DNA of 64,000 bases, from positions 12,736-76,735 of the forward strand of contig CASEYW010000043.1 in assembly GCA_949292215.1 (NCBI GenBank). The letters run 5' to 3'. The notes beneath the pieces were generated by a model that was given only the letters and a program-made list of their open reading frames with translations, had not been told where the DNA came from and searched no databases. A program made the translations under genes and the position numbers. Source of the DNA: an uncultured bacterium. GTDB taxonomy: Bacteria > Verrucomicrobiota > Lentisphaeria > Victivallales > UBA1829. Below are positions 48,650 to 58,700 of this stretch, piece after piece. Within the stretch, counting starts at the first letter, position 1; each line of letters starts with the position of its first letter.

Positions 48650-49630
48650 TCATTTCACCGCGGCGGTATAGCAGAGAATCCCGGCAACGATGGCATCCAC
48701 GGTTGCCTTCTGGCGCTTTGCCGTCAGCAGGGATGTTCCCTCCCGGTAATTCGACAGAAATCCGGTCTCAATCAGAACCGCCGGACAATTGACGTTTCGA
48801 ATTACATAAAACCGTGCATGCTTCACCCCTCTGTCATTGGCACCGGTTTTAGCAATCAGCTGTCGCTGAATCTCATAAGCAAGACGGTAGTTCTGCTTGT
48901 CAAAACTGTTGCCGCGCCCCTTGACAAAACTTGCCTTCGTATCGCTGGAAGAAGGCGCCCCGGCCGGTGTCATGGCAAAGGTCTCTATCCCGGAAATACT
49001 CTTCACCACGGAAGCGTTGCAGTGAATGGAGATAAACAGATCGGCCTTGGTTCTCGCATGCATGTTGACGCGGTCATCCAGAGTCGGATAGCGATCGGTG
49101 GAACGGGTCATCATCACAGTGTAGCCTTTTGCCCTCAGCGCCGTCTGGAGCTGTTTTGCCATGGAAAGGACAACCTGCTTCTCCCAGACACCGCGCGGAC
49201 CGGGAGCCCCTTTGTCTTTTCCGCCATGCCCGGGATCAATCATGATCGTTTTGATCCTTTTTCTGGGAAGAACGGCCTTCCGGAGCACAGGATCAATCAC
49301 AAGCGAAAAATCCATCTCCGAAATGAACGGCAGTCCGCGCCGCAGAACGGGTGCAAAAAGATATGTCACTCCGGTCCCGTTAATGGAACCGAAACGCTTG
49401 TTGATGTTAAATACCAGACGGGAATATTTGGAGGAAAGCACATAACGGTTTCCACTCTTCGAAACGGTCATTCCGTAAAAAGCAGCCACATCATACAGAT
49501 ACACATACCGGCGTCCTGCATTCCACTGATACCGAATCCGGTTTTTCGTCTGCGCGGAAAGATCCGGCAGGAACCATAGAACTGGCAGCGCAACCAACAG
49601 CAGCAGGAGAAGTTTTCGATTCCAAAACAT
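48650..49630 (-). CDS. N-acetylmuramoyl-L-alanine amidase (Amidase_3 family)
   Basis: Signal peptide, then IMIDPGHGGKDKGA...VVLSMAKQL...GYTVMMTRSTD...ADLFISIHCNA. Confidence 0.85.
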   Translation of the reverse strand: MFWNRKLLLLLLVALPVLWFLPDLSAQTKNRIRYQWNAGRRYVYLYDVAAFYGMTVSKSGNRYVLSSKYSRLVFNINKRFGSINGTGVTYLFAPVLRRGLPFISEMDFSLVIDPVLRKAVLPRKRIKTIMIDPGHGGKDKGAPGPRGVWEKQVVLSMAKQLQTALRAKGYTVMMTRSTDRYPTLDDRVNMHARTKADLFISIHCNASVVKSISGIETFAMTPAGAPSSSDTKASFVKGRGNSFDKQNYRLAYEIQRQLIAKTGANDRGVKHARFYVIRNVNCPAVLIETGFLSNYREGTSLLTAKRQKATVDAIVAGILCYTAAVK

Positions 49631-50511
49631 TACGATTTTTCCTTTTTCAAAAATCCGGCAGGGAACATGGAATGGAACTTTCTTCCGGTTCTCACATTGT
49701 GTTCCAGCGAGGACCGGACAAACTCCTTCGCTCCTGCGATAGCATCCTTCAGCGGCAATCCGTTCGCAATTCCGGCTGCAATCGCCGCACTGAAGGTACA
49801 GCCGGTACCGTGCGTGGTCAGTTCCGGCAGCGGGAGACGTTTCGTTGAAAGCGTAAAGGCTCCATCCTCCAGAAGCACATAATCGGAGGCATCCTCCGCA
49901 TCCGCGAAATGCCCTCCTTTGATAATGATTCCGCAGCCGAATTTCTTCCGGCAGGACTCCGCGGCAGCTCTGACATCCTCCGATGCGGCAATCGTTCGCC
50001 CAGACAGAATTTCCGCTTCAAAACGATTCGGAGTTGCAATGGTTGCACGCGGCAGAAGACGTTCCGCCAGAGTTTCGATGGCATCGTCGCGAAGGAGACG
50101 CGACCCGCTGGTGGAAACCATAACCGGATCGACGATTACCGCTCCACGGAAATCCTCAAGACATTCCGCAACCGTTTCGATAATCTCCCGCGAAAAAAGC
50201 ATTCCTGTTTTGAGCGCCTTCACCTCGAATTCCGATAGGACGGCTTCCATCTGCGCCTTCACGATCTCCGGAGAAACCGGCATAATGCCTGAAACCCCGA
50301 GGGGATTCTGCGCCGTCAGCGCCGTCACAGCGGAACAGCCGAAGACCCCCAGCGCGGCAAATGTTCTCAAATCCGCCTGAATTCCGGCTCCGCCGCCGCT
50401 GTCACTTCCCGCGATTGTCATTGCGACCGGGTAAAAATTGTCCTGAATCACGTTCTTTGCTCCCTTGCCGTCCAATGGGCGACGGCTTCCATTCCTGTAA
50501 CTTATGTTCAT
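49630..50511 (-). CDS. thiD: hydroxymethylpyrimidine/phosphomethylpyrimidine kinase
   Basis: MTIAGSDSGGGAGIQADLRTFAALGV...ALTAQN and the C-terminal HGTGCTFSAAIAAG. Confidence 0.9.
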   Translation of the reverse strand: MNISYRNGSRRPLDGKGAKNVIQDNFYPVAMTIAGSDSGGGAGIQADLRTFAALGVFGCSAVTALTAQNPLGVSGIMPVSPEIVKAQMEAVLSEFEVKALKTGMLFSREIIETVAECLEDFRGAVIVDPVMVSTSGSRLLRDDAIETLAERLLPRATIATPNRFEAEILSGRTIAASEDVRAAAESCRKKFGCGIIIKGGHFADAEDASDYVLLEDGAFTLSTKRLPLPELTTHGTGCTFSAAIAAGIANGLPLKDAIAGAKEFVRSSLEHNVRTGRKFHSMFPAGFLKKEKS

Positions 50512-50647
50512 TCTTCAAATAAACAAAGGTATTCTTGAAAAAAAATTGAAAAAAAACAAAAAAAACATCCGTTTTCCCCGGAAACAAAAACCAACGATGC
50601 CTCTTTTTTCCTTCCTCAGCCGTTTCCGCCAGACGATCCGGAGTCCA

Positions 50648-50696
50648 TAAAAAAACATTCCGCCGTCCAGACAGTTCTCATGGACAAACGGAATGT
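50648..50696 (-). terminator. intrinsic terminator downstream of the sugar-phosphate isomerase gene
   Basis: Minus strand: ACATTCCG..GTCCA...TGGAC..CGGAATGT forms a long hairpin and is followed by TTTTTTTA. Confidence 0.6.
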
Positions 50697-50769
50697 CTTT
50701 TCCGGTATCCAGTCCGACATGCGGCAACGGGAACCGGGAAAACGGAGCTCCGCCGGCCTTCCGAAACGA

Positions 50770-51483
50770 TCACGCTTTACGGATCGCCTCGACGCACTGC
50801 TTGAGCGCAGGAACCGGATGATCCGCATCACCTTCATATTCCAGAGTCAGATAGCCCTGATAATCCGTTTCGCGGAGATACGCAAGATATGCGGAAAGAG
50901 CCAGATTTCCCGTACCGACGACAACATCCTCCGGATTCCCCGCCCGGTCAAAGACAAAATCCTTGATGTGAGTCCCGTAAAGACGGGTACGGAATTTTTT
51001 GGCGATCTCAAGCGGATTCTCTCCGGAATCCAGCATCCACGCGGTATCAAGGCAAAGTCCGATATTTTCACTGGAACGGCTGAACAGCTCCTCCAGAGCC
51101 CAGACCGGGCCCAGTTTGTGTTTGCGCCCGTGATTGTGGACCGCAATTTTTTTGCCGTATTCAACGCAGAGTTTTTCCACAAGATCAAGCGCACCGGGAG
51201 CAAGATCTGCGCTGATCGCGGGAAAATCTGCCATGACGGCAAATTCAAAAACCTTCCTTGCAGCCGCTTCATCCGTGGAGAATCCGTTCACACCGAACGA
51301 GGAAATCCGGATGCCGTTATCAGTGAACTGCTGCAAGGTCTCCTGCGGATGGTTGAGATCAATGTGGATTCCGCAGAGTTCAATCCGGTCGACGCCGCAG
51401 AGTTTCAGCGCCTCAATGATTTTCCCGGTCTCCTTGTAGGACCGGAAACACCAGCTTTGAATGCCAAGTCGGGATGTCAGCAT
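50770..51483 (-). CDS. sugar phosphate isomerase/epimerase (xylose isomerase-like TIM barrel)
   Basis: LGIQSWCFRSYKE...GVDRIELCGIH...HNHG...LDTAW...THIKD...LTLEYEGD pattern. The start was set at MLTSRLG, which has an AAGGAG RBS and a TATAAT box upstream. Confidence 0.75.
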   Translation of the reverse strand: MLTSRLGIQSWCFRSYKETGKIIEALKLCGVDRIELCGIHIDLNHPQETLQQFTDNGIRISSFGVNGFSTDEAAARKVFEFAVMADFPAISADLAPGALDLVEKLCVEYGKKIAVHNHGRKHKLGPVWALEELFSRSSENIGLCLDTAWMLDSGENPLEIAKKFRTRLYGTHIKDFVFDRAGNPEDVVVGTGNLALSAYLAYLRETDYQGYLTLEYEGDADHPVPALKQCVEAIRKA

Positions 51484-51606
51484 AAGAACAACTCCTTTTT
51501 TAGTGACTGCCTGTATTATACCGCACATTCCTCCGGGAAACAAGACCTGGCGAAAAAAAAAGATACATCATTGATATTTTTCCAAAAAATCAACACTCGA
51601 ACCGGT

Positions 51607-52563
51607 TCACTGCGGGCACAATCCCGTAGAACCGCGGACCAGCAGTTTTGTCGGCACAATGATCTGGCTTTTCCCATTCTGCCCGCACATTTCCAGATGC
51701 AGCTGGTCCAGAGCGTTCCTCACAAGTTCTGGATAATCAAACGCAAGAGTGGTAAGCGGCGGGGTCTGAAAAAGAGAAAAGCTGCTTTCCTCATAAGTAA
51801 TGAGCGAAACATCCCGCGGAATTTCCTTTCCCGAGTCATGAATGATTTTCATCGACAGAGCGGTCCATTCCATCGGGATAATAATGAACGCGGTAAACCC
51901 TTCCGCCAGCAAATGCCGGAGAGCCTGCTCAAACTCCGCATCTCCCTCCAGACAAAGATTGCGGACACTTTCCCGAATTCCATATTGATCCGCGATCCGA
52001 AAAAATTCACCGAGTCCCCGGTTCAACTCCCGCTCGGTTGCAACCGTTCTCCGCAACCGGGCAATTTTCCGGTGTCCAAGCTGGATGAGATGCTCCATGA
52101 CAAGTCTGCTTTCCCCATCCGCATCGGGAAAGACACAGCCGATATTGTCCAGAGTCCAGCCGAACTGGTTAACGACAACCAGCGGAATATTATAACCGCA
52201 GCACCATTCGGGGGGAATCCGGGAATTGATCACAAGTGCGCCGTCGATCAGCTGACTGTCCAGAAGCGGAAAACCGTTCGGCGGAATGAAAAGCAGCTGC
52301 AGTTTCCGGGCTTTTGTCTGCAGAATCACCTGGTTCAAATAGGGAAGCAACGCTGCATTCATCCAGGGGACAAGCACACCGATTGTTTTCGTATGTTTTC
52401 CAGATATATTCCGATAGTTGCGCTCAGTTGCCAGAGCAAGGACCTTCGCACGAATCTCTGGAGCGACATCCGGCTTCCGGTTCAGCGCCCGGGATGCCTG
52501 GGAAATAGAGATCCCCAGTTCCCCGGCAATATCCCGCAAAGTCGTTTTCCTGTCTGGACTCAT
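51607..52563 (-). CDS. LacI family transcriptional regulator
   Basis: TTLRDIAGELGISISQASRALNRKPDVAPEIRAKVLALATERNYR. The start overlaps the stop of the upstream AraC gene by 4 nt. Confidence 0.9.
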   Translation of the reverse strand: MSPDRKTTLRDIAGELGISISQASRALNRKPDVAPEIRAKVLALATERNYRNISGKHTKTIGVLVPWMNAALLPYLNQVILQTKARKLQLLFIPPNGFPLLDSQLIDGALVINSRIPPEWCCGYNIPLVVVNQFGWTLDNIGCVFPDADGESRLVMEHLIQLGHRKIARLRRTVATERELNRGLGEFFRIADQYGIRESVRNLCLEGDAEFEQALRHLLAEGFTAFIIIPMEWTALSMKIIHDSGKEIPRDVSLITYEESSFSLFQTPPLTTLAFDYPELVRNALDQLHLEMCGQNGKSQIIVPTKLLVRGSTGLCPQ

Positions 52564-53402
52564 TGCTGTTCGGCTCCGTTCTCCTTCTCTTCCCGTGAAC
52601 GCTTCATGATGCCGATCGCATTTTTCCGGTATTCGGCAGGGGATGTACCATGCAGCTTCTTGAAGGTTCTGGAAAAGTGGAAGCGATCCCGGACACCAAC
52701 TGCCTCACAGATATCATCAATGGTTGAGTGCCCGGAAACCAGCAGATGCGCCGCTCGCGAATAGCGCAGATGCAGGAGATACTGATAAGGCGTTACGCCG
52801 GTCTGCTCCCGGAAAAGACGCAGAAACGCATTTTCCGAGAGACCGATGGAGCGTCCCATTGTCTCCACATCAAGCGGCAGAGCCAGCTTCTCGCGCATCA
52901 TGGAACAGAGTTCGACAATGCGGGAATCGGAAGTAATTTCGCAGAAGGCATCTCCGGGCAGCTTCGCCGCAGCCGCGGAGGCAAGAGCAGATGCCAGGAA
53001 ACTGCGTCGAAAAAAATCCGCCCCTGCTGATGTCAGGTTCCGTTCCAACTCCAGATAGAGCTCCCGGAGTCCCCCTTCCAGCGGCAGTTCGTTCAAAAGA
53101 CGCACCCCGCTCCCGACCACTCCCGTCAACTCGAAATGCAGATACACCTGAAGAGGTGTGCCAACATTCCAGGTAAGCAGATTGCAATTCGGCGGTAGAA
53201 GGTAGAGGCAATCCGGCCGCAACTCCACTTTCCGTCCCCGGAGAAAAACGCCTGCTCCGCCGGAATCATTCCGGTACAGACGCCAGTAATACCCGTTGAG
53301 ACGAATTCCGTTCCATGCCGTCCCGAGCCGGGTGCATGTCACCGTCTCAAGATGAAGTTCCGGAAACGAAAAGTAACTGGAATCAGCGGCTGCCGGAATC
53401 AT
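52560..53402 (-). CDS. AraC family transcriptional regulator
   Basis: The C-terminal double HTH reads ...MGRSIGLSENAFLRLFREQTGVTPYQYLLHLRYSRAAHLL...IDDICEAVGVRDRFHFSRTFKKLHGTSPAEYRK. Confidence 0.9.
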   Translation of the reverse strand: MIPAAADSSYFSFPELHLETVTCTRLGTAWNGIRLNGYYWRLYRNDSGGAGVFLRGRKVELRPDCLYLLPPNCNLLTWNVGTPLQVYLHFELTGVVGSGVRLLNELPLEGGLRELYLELERNLTSAGADFFRRSFLASALASAAAAKLPGDAFCEITSDSRIVELCSMMREKLALPLDVETMGRSIGLSENAFLRLFREQTGVTPYQYLLHLRYSRAAHLLVSGHSTIDDICEAVGVRDRFHFSRTFKKLHGTSPAEYRKNAIGIMKRSREEKENGAEQQ

Positions 53403-53409
53403 ATGCAGA

Positions 53410-53952
53410 TCAGATCAGTTCACGAACTTTTGCCAGAATTTCAGGGACTTCCGCCATGCGCCCCTCTCCGTTGTCCCCGCAGGCAAGCCTGCCCGACCCA
53501 GGCCCGACAAAATTCACCCCCCAGCTTCTCAATGCGGCGCAATTGCGCTGAACCGCCGGGCTGTGCCACATGCGTGTGTTCATTGCCGGAGCAAGCAGAA
53601 CAGGGCCGTTATACGCCATCGCAGTTGTGGTCAGAGCGTCGTCTGCAATCCCGTTGGCGTACTTGCCGAGGAAATTCGCGGTACAAGGAGCAATGACCAT
53701 CAGAGAACAGAGCTCCGAAATCTCAATATGTCCGGGTCTCCAGGTAGGAGTCTGCCAGAGATCGAAGATCACGGGGTTGCGGGAAAGCGTAAAAAAAAGT
53801 TTATCGGATATCAGATGACGCGCCGCATCCGTCATCATCACATGCACGTCGTAATTCAAGGTGGTCAGTTTGGAGCAGAGATCCGCCGCTTTATACGCGG
53901 CAATTCCGCCTGTCACTCCGAGCAGGATCGCGTTTTTTTCAGCCATTGACAT
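53410..53952 (-). CDS. coaC: stand-alone phosphopantothenoylcysteine decarboxylase-type flavoprotein (CoaC domain only)
   Basis: ILLGVTGGIAAYKAADLCSKL, APCTANFLGKYANGIADD, PAMNTRMW and ACGDNGEGRM. At 180 aa it lacks a CoaB half. Confidence 0.8.
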   Translation of the reverse strand: MSMAEKNAILLGVTGGIAAYKAADLCSKLTTLNYDVHVMMTDAARHLISDKLFFTLSRNPVIFDLWQTPTWRPGHIEISELCSLMVIAPCTANFLGKYANGIADDALTTTAMAYNGPVLLAPAMNTRMWHSPAVQRNCAALRSWGVNFVGPGSGRLACGDNGEGRMAEVPEILAKVRELI

Positions 53953-54562
53953 CCTCTTTCCATCGTTTGGTGGACATTCTGAACGCCAGAAGCAGGGAAT
54001 TGAATTTTTCCACGGCTCCGGCGAAGTCGTCGTTAATCAACAGATAAGAATACTCTCTCCAGCGACTGATTTCAAGTTTGGAATTGTAAAGTCTTTTCTG
54101 AATCACCTCTTCGGAGTCCGTAGCACGTCCCCGAAGTCGCCGTTCGAGCTCGGCATGGGAAGGCGGAGCCACAAAAACGAATTCCGCACAAGCCTTGAAG
54201 AGAGCATCCTTCCGGCAGAGCTCGCGAACCTTTGCGGCACCCTGAACATCAATGTCGAGGATCACGTCAATTCCCTGAGAGACCCGGTCGACCACCTCGG
54301 ATTTCAACGTCCCGTAAAAATTGCCATGGACTTCGGCGTACTCAATGAACGCATCCTCCGCAATTTTTTTCTCAAACGCGTCCCGGGAAAGAAAATAATA
54401 ATCGATTCCGTCACGCTCCGCTCCGCGCGGCGCTCTGGTCGTACAGGAAATGGAGAAGCAAACCTCCGGATGTCTCCTCATAACCTCTTGGCTGATGCTG
54501 GACTTGCCCGAACCGCTCGGACCGGAAAGAATCAATGCCACCCCTAAACGCTGAATCTCCAT
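53939..54562 (-). CDS. gmk: guanylate kinase
   Basis: P-loop LILSGPSGSGKSSI, with TTRAPRGAERDGIDYYF and EYAEVHGNFYGT. Confidence 0.9.
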   Translation of the reverse strand: MEIQRLGVALILSGPSGSGKSSISQEVMRRHPEVCFSISCTTRAPRGAERDGIDYYFLSRDAFEKKIAEDAFIEYAEVHGNFYGTLKSEVVDRVSQGIDVILDIDVQGAAKVRELCRKDALFKACAEFVFVAPPSHAELERRLRGRATDSEEVIQKRLYNSKLEISRWREYSYLLINDDFAGAVEKFNSLLLAFRMSTKRWKEDVNG

Positions 54563-54669
54563 AAGGAAAACTGTCTCCGTATCAAAGCCGTACTCCGGAT
54601 TTTGCGGAGAGGTGAACTGTCTGCAAAAGCGAATAACCGGCAGGGTTCATAAGATTTGGAAAAAAAGAA

Positions 54670-54745
54670 TGGTGAGTCGGCCGGGGCTCGAACCCGGGAC
54701 CACCGCCTTAAAAGGGCGATGCTCTACCGACTGAGCTACCGACTC
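54670..54745 (-). tRNA. tRNA-Lys (anticodon UUU), CCA encoded
   Basis: The reverse complement folds as a cloverleaf: GAGTCGG-TA-GCTC-AGTCGGTA-GAGC-A-TCGCC-CTTTTAA-GGCGG-TGGTC-CCGGG-TTCGAGC-CCCGG-CCGACTC-A-CCA. It is 76 nt, with anticodon loop C-T-TTT-A-A. Confidence 0.9.
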
Positions 54746-54911
54746 ACTCGAGTTCATCTTATCTTGTGCAGATGCCTATAAAATACAGCCTTTTCGCGAT
54801 TTGTCAAATACAATTTTCAAAAAAAATCATTTTTTTATGTTTTCCTCCGAAGAATCATGATGCACCAGTTCCTATTTGCGTTTTTTTGCGGCGCTTTTCT
54901 CGTTTGAAGGG

Positions 54912-54940
54912 TTGCCTCTTGTTTTGTTTTGAATTATAAT
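54912..54940 (+). promoter_or_regulatory. sigma70-type promoter (TTGCCT-17 nt-TATAAT) for the pseudopilin/GH-A operon
   Basis: TATAAT at 54935-54940 and TTGCCT at 54912-54917 with a 17-nt spacer, about 65 nt upstream of the ATG at 55005. Confidence 0.5.
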
Positions 54941-55004
54941 TAAAGCAAAGAACAAGAACCGGTTCAAATAAGAAAAAAAGAAAAATGGGGAGAAAAAAGA
55001 AAAA

Positions 55005-55748
55005 ATGAGAAAAATATTTACATTGATAGAACTTCTTATCGTTATTGCAATTATTGCTGTTCTTGCATCACTTCTGCTTCCCGCTCTGAATTCCGCGATG
55101 GGGAAAGCGAGACTGGTCAACTGTGTCAACAATATGCGGACCATCGGTCAGGGGCTTGTTTCCTATATCAACGACAATAACGACTGGCTGCCTTATACCA
55201 AACAGGATTATGGAGAACATACCTACAGCCTTCTTGTCTACATCAAACAAGATCTGTATGGAGGGTTCGAGGGTGACTTTACCTATAAAAGGACCAGATT
55301 CGGAAAACCGAAAGGGGTCTTTTTCTGCCCGGAACAGACCCAGCCGACGGCATCCCGCGCCTGGGTCGGCGGCAACACCACAGGAAACACTTATTACACA
55401 ACATACATGGCGACCACAAACCGAACTCTGGGAACGTTTTTTACCAATCCGAACGCCGGAGGATGGATCAACGAATCCACCGAACTGACCCGTTACCGCA
55501 AGTTCTCCACCGTCATGCGCGGATCCGCCATTCTCTCCGATCAGGACTGGTATTCCGTTACAAGCGACACAAAAACCTACAACTGCACATCCCCCGTCGG
55601 CGGATATGTGACAAGGTCTCTGACGAATCCCTACGGACCAGGCTGGAAACATGCCCTCTCCTCTCCGTTTCTTTTTGTGGACAGCAGCGTCAGAACATAC
55701 CGATATCAGCCACGGGACACCTTCAATGAAAACTGGATTCCGCAATGA
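55005..55748 (+). CDS. prepilin-type N-terminal cleavage/methylation protein, DUF1559-like
   Basis: MRKIFTLIELLIVIAIIAVLASLLLPAL at the N-terminus and WKHALSSPFLFVDSSVRTY in the tail (a degenerate H..D motif). The gene lies 34 nt upstream of GH-A paralog 3. Confidence 0.8.
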   Translation: MRKIFTLIELLIVIAIIAVLASLLLPALNSAMGKARLVNCVNNMRTIGQGLVSYINDNNDWLPYTKQDYGEHTYSLLVYIKQDLYGGFEGDFTYKRTRFGKPKGVFFCPEQTQPTASRAWVGGNTTGNTYYTTYMATTNRTLGTFFTNPNAGGWINESTELTRYRKFSTVMRGSAILSDQDWYSVTSDTKTYNCTSPVGGYVTRSLTNPYGPGWKHALSSPFLFVDSSVRTYRYQPRDTFNENWIPQ

Positions 55749-55782
55749 CAGGCATCATCCATCAAACAGAAAAGGATCTTCC

Positions 55783-58700
55783 ATGTTGAAACCATTGATT
55801 TTTTCCAGCGTGATTCTTGCAGCATCGCTCTGCGCACAAAATCCCGAATGGAGATTTGACATTCCCGGGGAACTGAAACAAACCGCATCCAGAAATGCCG
55901 TCTGCACGATCGCGGAGTCGGAAAAGACTCCGGATTATTACTCATCGGTCCGCATTGAAACAGGAACGTCTGCCGAGTTTTCCTGTCTGCCGGGAAAACA
56001 GACGCTAGAACGGGCGGACCGTTACCGACTTTCCTTTTATATCAAAGCGGACAGGAAGGGAACAGGCGAACTCAAATGCGGCGGACGGAACGGGCAAACA
56101 TTTCCGTTGTCGCCAGTCTGGGAAAAAATAGAGTTTACGATATCGGACGCAAAGCCCGAAGTCTCATTCAAACTGCCCCCTCAAACGACCGTCTGGCTCG
56201 GTCCGGTTACGCTCCATCCCGTCCGAACTGAAATTCCCTATTCGCTGAACCGGGAATATTTCTATCTGCGGAAAGAAGGTCCCATCGACCGCATTCCCGA
56301 AAACGCTCTGCGGGGAAAAGGAGAAAGTCTGGTTTTCGGCAGGGCAAAATTTGAGAAGGAACCCGCAATGCTCTGGATGAAACTTCCAGCCGCTGTGGAC
56401 GGCTGGATGGAGGTCGCAATGCGGGCCGACTGGTATTTTGAATGTTTTCTGAACGGAAAGAAGATTTACAGCACCTTGAAAACAGGCAATCTGGAACCGA
56501 GCCGCTTTTTCCGTTTTTTCCTTCCATTGAAAAAAGGGGAAAATCTGCTTGCCGTGAAGATCTTTTCCGGAAGCGGAGGATTCGGGCTCGTATGGACAAA
56601 AGGGAGCTCGCACCGTCCAGTCCGCTTCATTCCTTCTGCGGAATTCAAGCCGATGAATATGGCAAATTTCGAATACAAAAAAGGAACCGTTCTGGATTTC
56701 TCCTCTCTTCTGGATCACGCTCCCGCAGGAAAATTCGGTCGCGTTGTTGCCGGAAAAGACGGACACCTTGTCTTTGAAAAACGCCGGACGCCAATCCGTT
56801 TCAAAGCATTCAATTTTTTGATTACAGACTGGCGCGGCCGCTATGAACTGCTCTCCCACCGCGAACTGGAGGATCTTGCCGAACGGATTGCCGTTGCCGG
56901 ATATAATATGGTCCGCTTTCACTTTCTGGACCGTTTCCTGCTGGGACATGAGGCAAAACTCGCCTTCAAACAGGGATTCAACTGGAAAAAAATGGCTCGG
57001 ACCGAAGCGGAACTGAGAATCAATGAAAAATGTTATGACGCTTTTGCCTACCTGTTTTACTGTCTCAAAAAACGGGGCATATACGCTCATATGGATATGA
57101 TGAGTTACGCCGACGGATATGAATTCTGCCGCGACGGGCTAAGCCCGGGAGAAAACAGCGGATTCAAATGGAATCTCTTTTTCAATGAACGTTACCGGGC
57201 AAACTACCGGATGGCGGTAACGTGGCTGATGACCCGGGTGAATCCTTATACAAAACTGGCGCTGAGGGAGGACCCCGCAGTTGCGGTTGTCACCATGTTA
57301 AATGAACAGGATCTCCGTCTGGAAAATGTCAATTTCCGTCTGATATTCACAAACCGTTCCGGGCGTATCTGAAACAGAAATATCCGGATGACACCTCATT
57401 TCGGACCGTCTGGGGAGAGAATGCAGACATCAATACAGTCTCTATCTCAGCGGAACAGTTCAAGGAAGGCAGCTCGCGATCCCGAGACATCGGTGATTTC
57501 ATCCGGAAAACCATGCTGGAAATGACCGACTGGTACCGTGGCATTCTCCGGGAAATCGGTTACAAAGGACTCTATTCCCAGTGGGATATGGTGACAAGAA
57601 ATTTTTCCATGCCGGTCCAGAACACGCTTCCTGTCATCATGAGCCATACATATTTCAATCATCCGACTCCGCTCTCCATCGTGCCGGAGATCCGGCCGAA
57701 TGCAAAATTCAACTGGGCGCAGAATCAGCGCAACCGGTTTGTCGGACAGGGGAGTTCTCTGGATTCCCAATACCTCCGTGCGATTGCGTCGACCCGTTTT
57801 GCAGACCGCCCGTTTCTGGTAACAGAATTTTCCCACAGTGCACCGAACCGCTTCCGACATGAACGAGGACTGTATTTCAGCAGTTATGCCGCCCTTCAGG
57901 ACTGGGACTGCCTGACGGTTCATTCGGATACGGTAAAAAGAAGGAATCCGGATCCGATCTACTTTCATTTTGATTCCGCGCTGGATCCCATAAGCCGGAT
58001 CAATGAAATTCTGGAAAATCTGATCTGGCTCCGCGGAGACGTCAAACCGGCCCGGCATCGGGTGGAACTGCGGCTGCTTCCGGAAAAAATGTATCCGAAA
58101 TACTGCATTGCCAAAGCCAGTGACGACTATGATCGTCTCGCCATGCTGACCCGAATCGGGATTTCCTGTGGTCCGAAACTCAATCCGGATGCCCCGGCAG
58201 CGGATCTCATTCTTTTTCCGGCGAAATTCGGAACTCTTTCCATTCAAGGATTTTTCGCCCGAATTGATTCTTCCGGCAATGGGGAAATCGCTCCATTTGC
58301 AGAACTCCTGCGAAAAAAAGCGATTCTGCCGCCTGAAAACCGGACAAATCCGCAAGAGGGAATTTATGAAAGCGAAACAGGCGAACTGTTCCTGAATACT
58401 CGGACAAAAACGATGAGAGTAATAACTCCGCGACTGGAAGGCTGCATCATCAAGGAAAACGTCATAGTCAATCTGAAGTGCCTGAAAGTGAAAAAGAGCT
58501 CCGTCCCTGCCTGTATCGCAGCGGCAAGCCTGAATCCAAAGGAACCGCTGAAACAGGCGGAGCGCATACTTCTCATCATCGCAACGGATGCACATCCGAG
58601 CGGACAGACCTTTACAGATCCGAGCCTCTCCGTCATGACGGACCCAGGCGAATCCCCTCCTTTGATCCGAAGCGGAAAATTTCATCTGAAGTTCCGTTTC

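Noticed and set aside
50512-50769. Possible TPP riboswitch upstream of thiD (a GGCTGAGGA resembles the CUGAGA core)
   Set aside because: The downstream pyrophosphate-sensing helix (ACCUGAUCUGGAUAAUGCCAGCG-like) is absent. The structured elements present are better explained as the terminator of the upstream isomerase gene plus T-runs.
50680-52764. A 694-aa plus-strand ORF spanning the isomerase and LacI genes
   Set aside because: It runs antisense across two genes and an intergenic region. The minus-strand products have clear TIM-barrel isomerase and LacI HTH motifs, so the long ORF is an artefact of stop-codon-poor antisense frames.
54670-54745. tRNA-Lys as the boundary or attachment site of a genomic island carrying the downstream pseudopilin/GH genes
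   Set aside because: There is no integrase, recombinase or transposase nearby. I found no duplicated copy of the tRNA 3' end, and similar cassettes occur on both sides of the tRNA.
57306-57372. Programmed -1 ribosomal frameshift in GH-A paralog 3
   Set aside because: No X-XXY-YYZ slippery heptamer or obvious downstream pseudoknot or hairpin was seen in the overlap. A mutation or sequencing error is the simpler explanation, and the locus is kept as a finding for verification.
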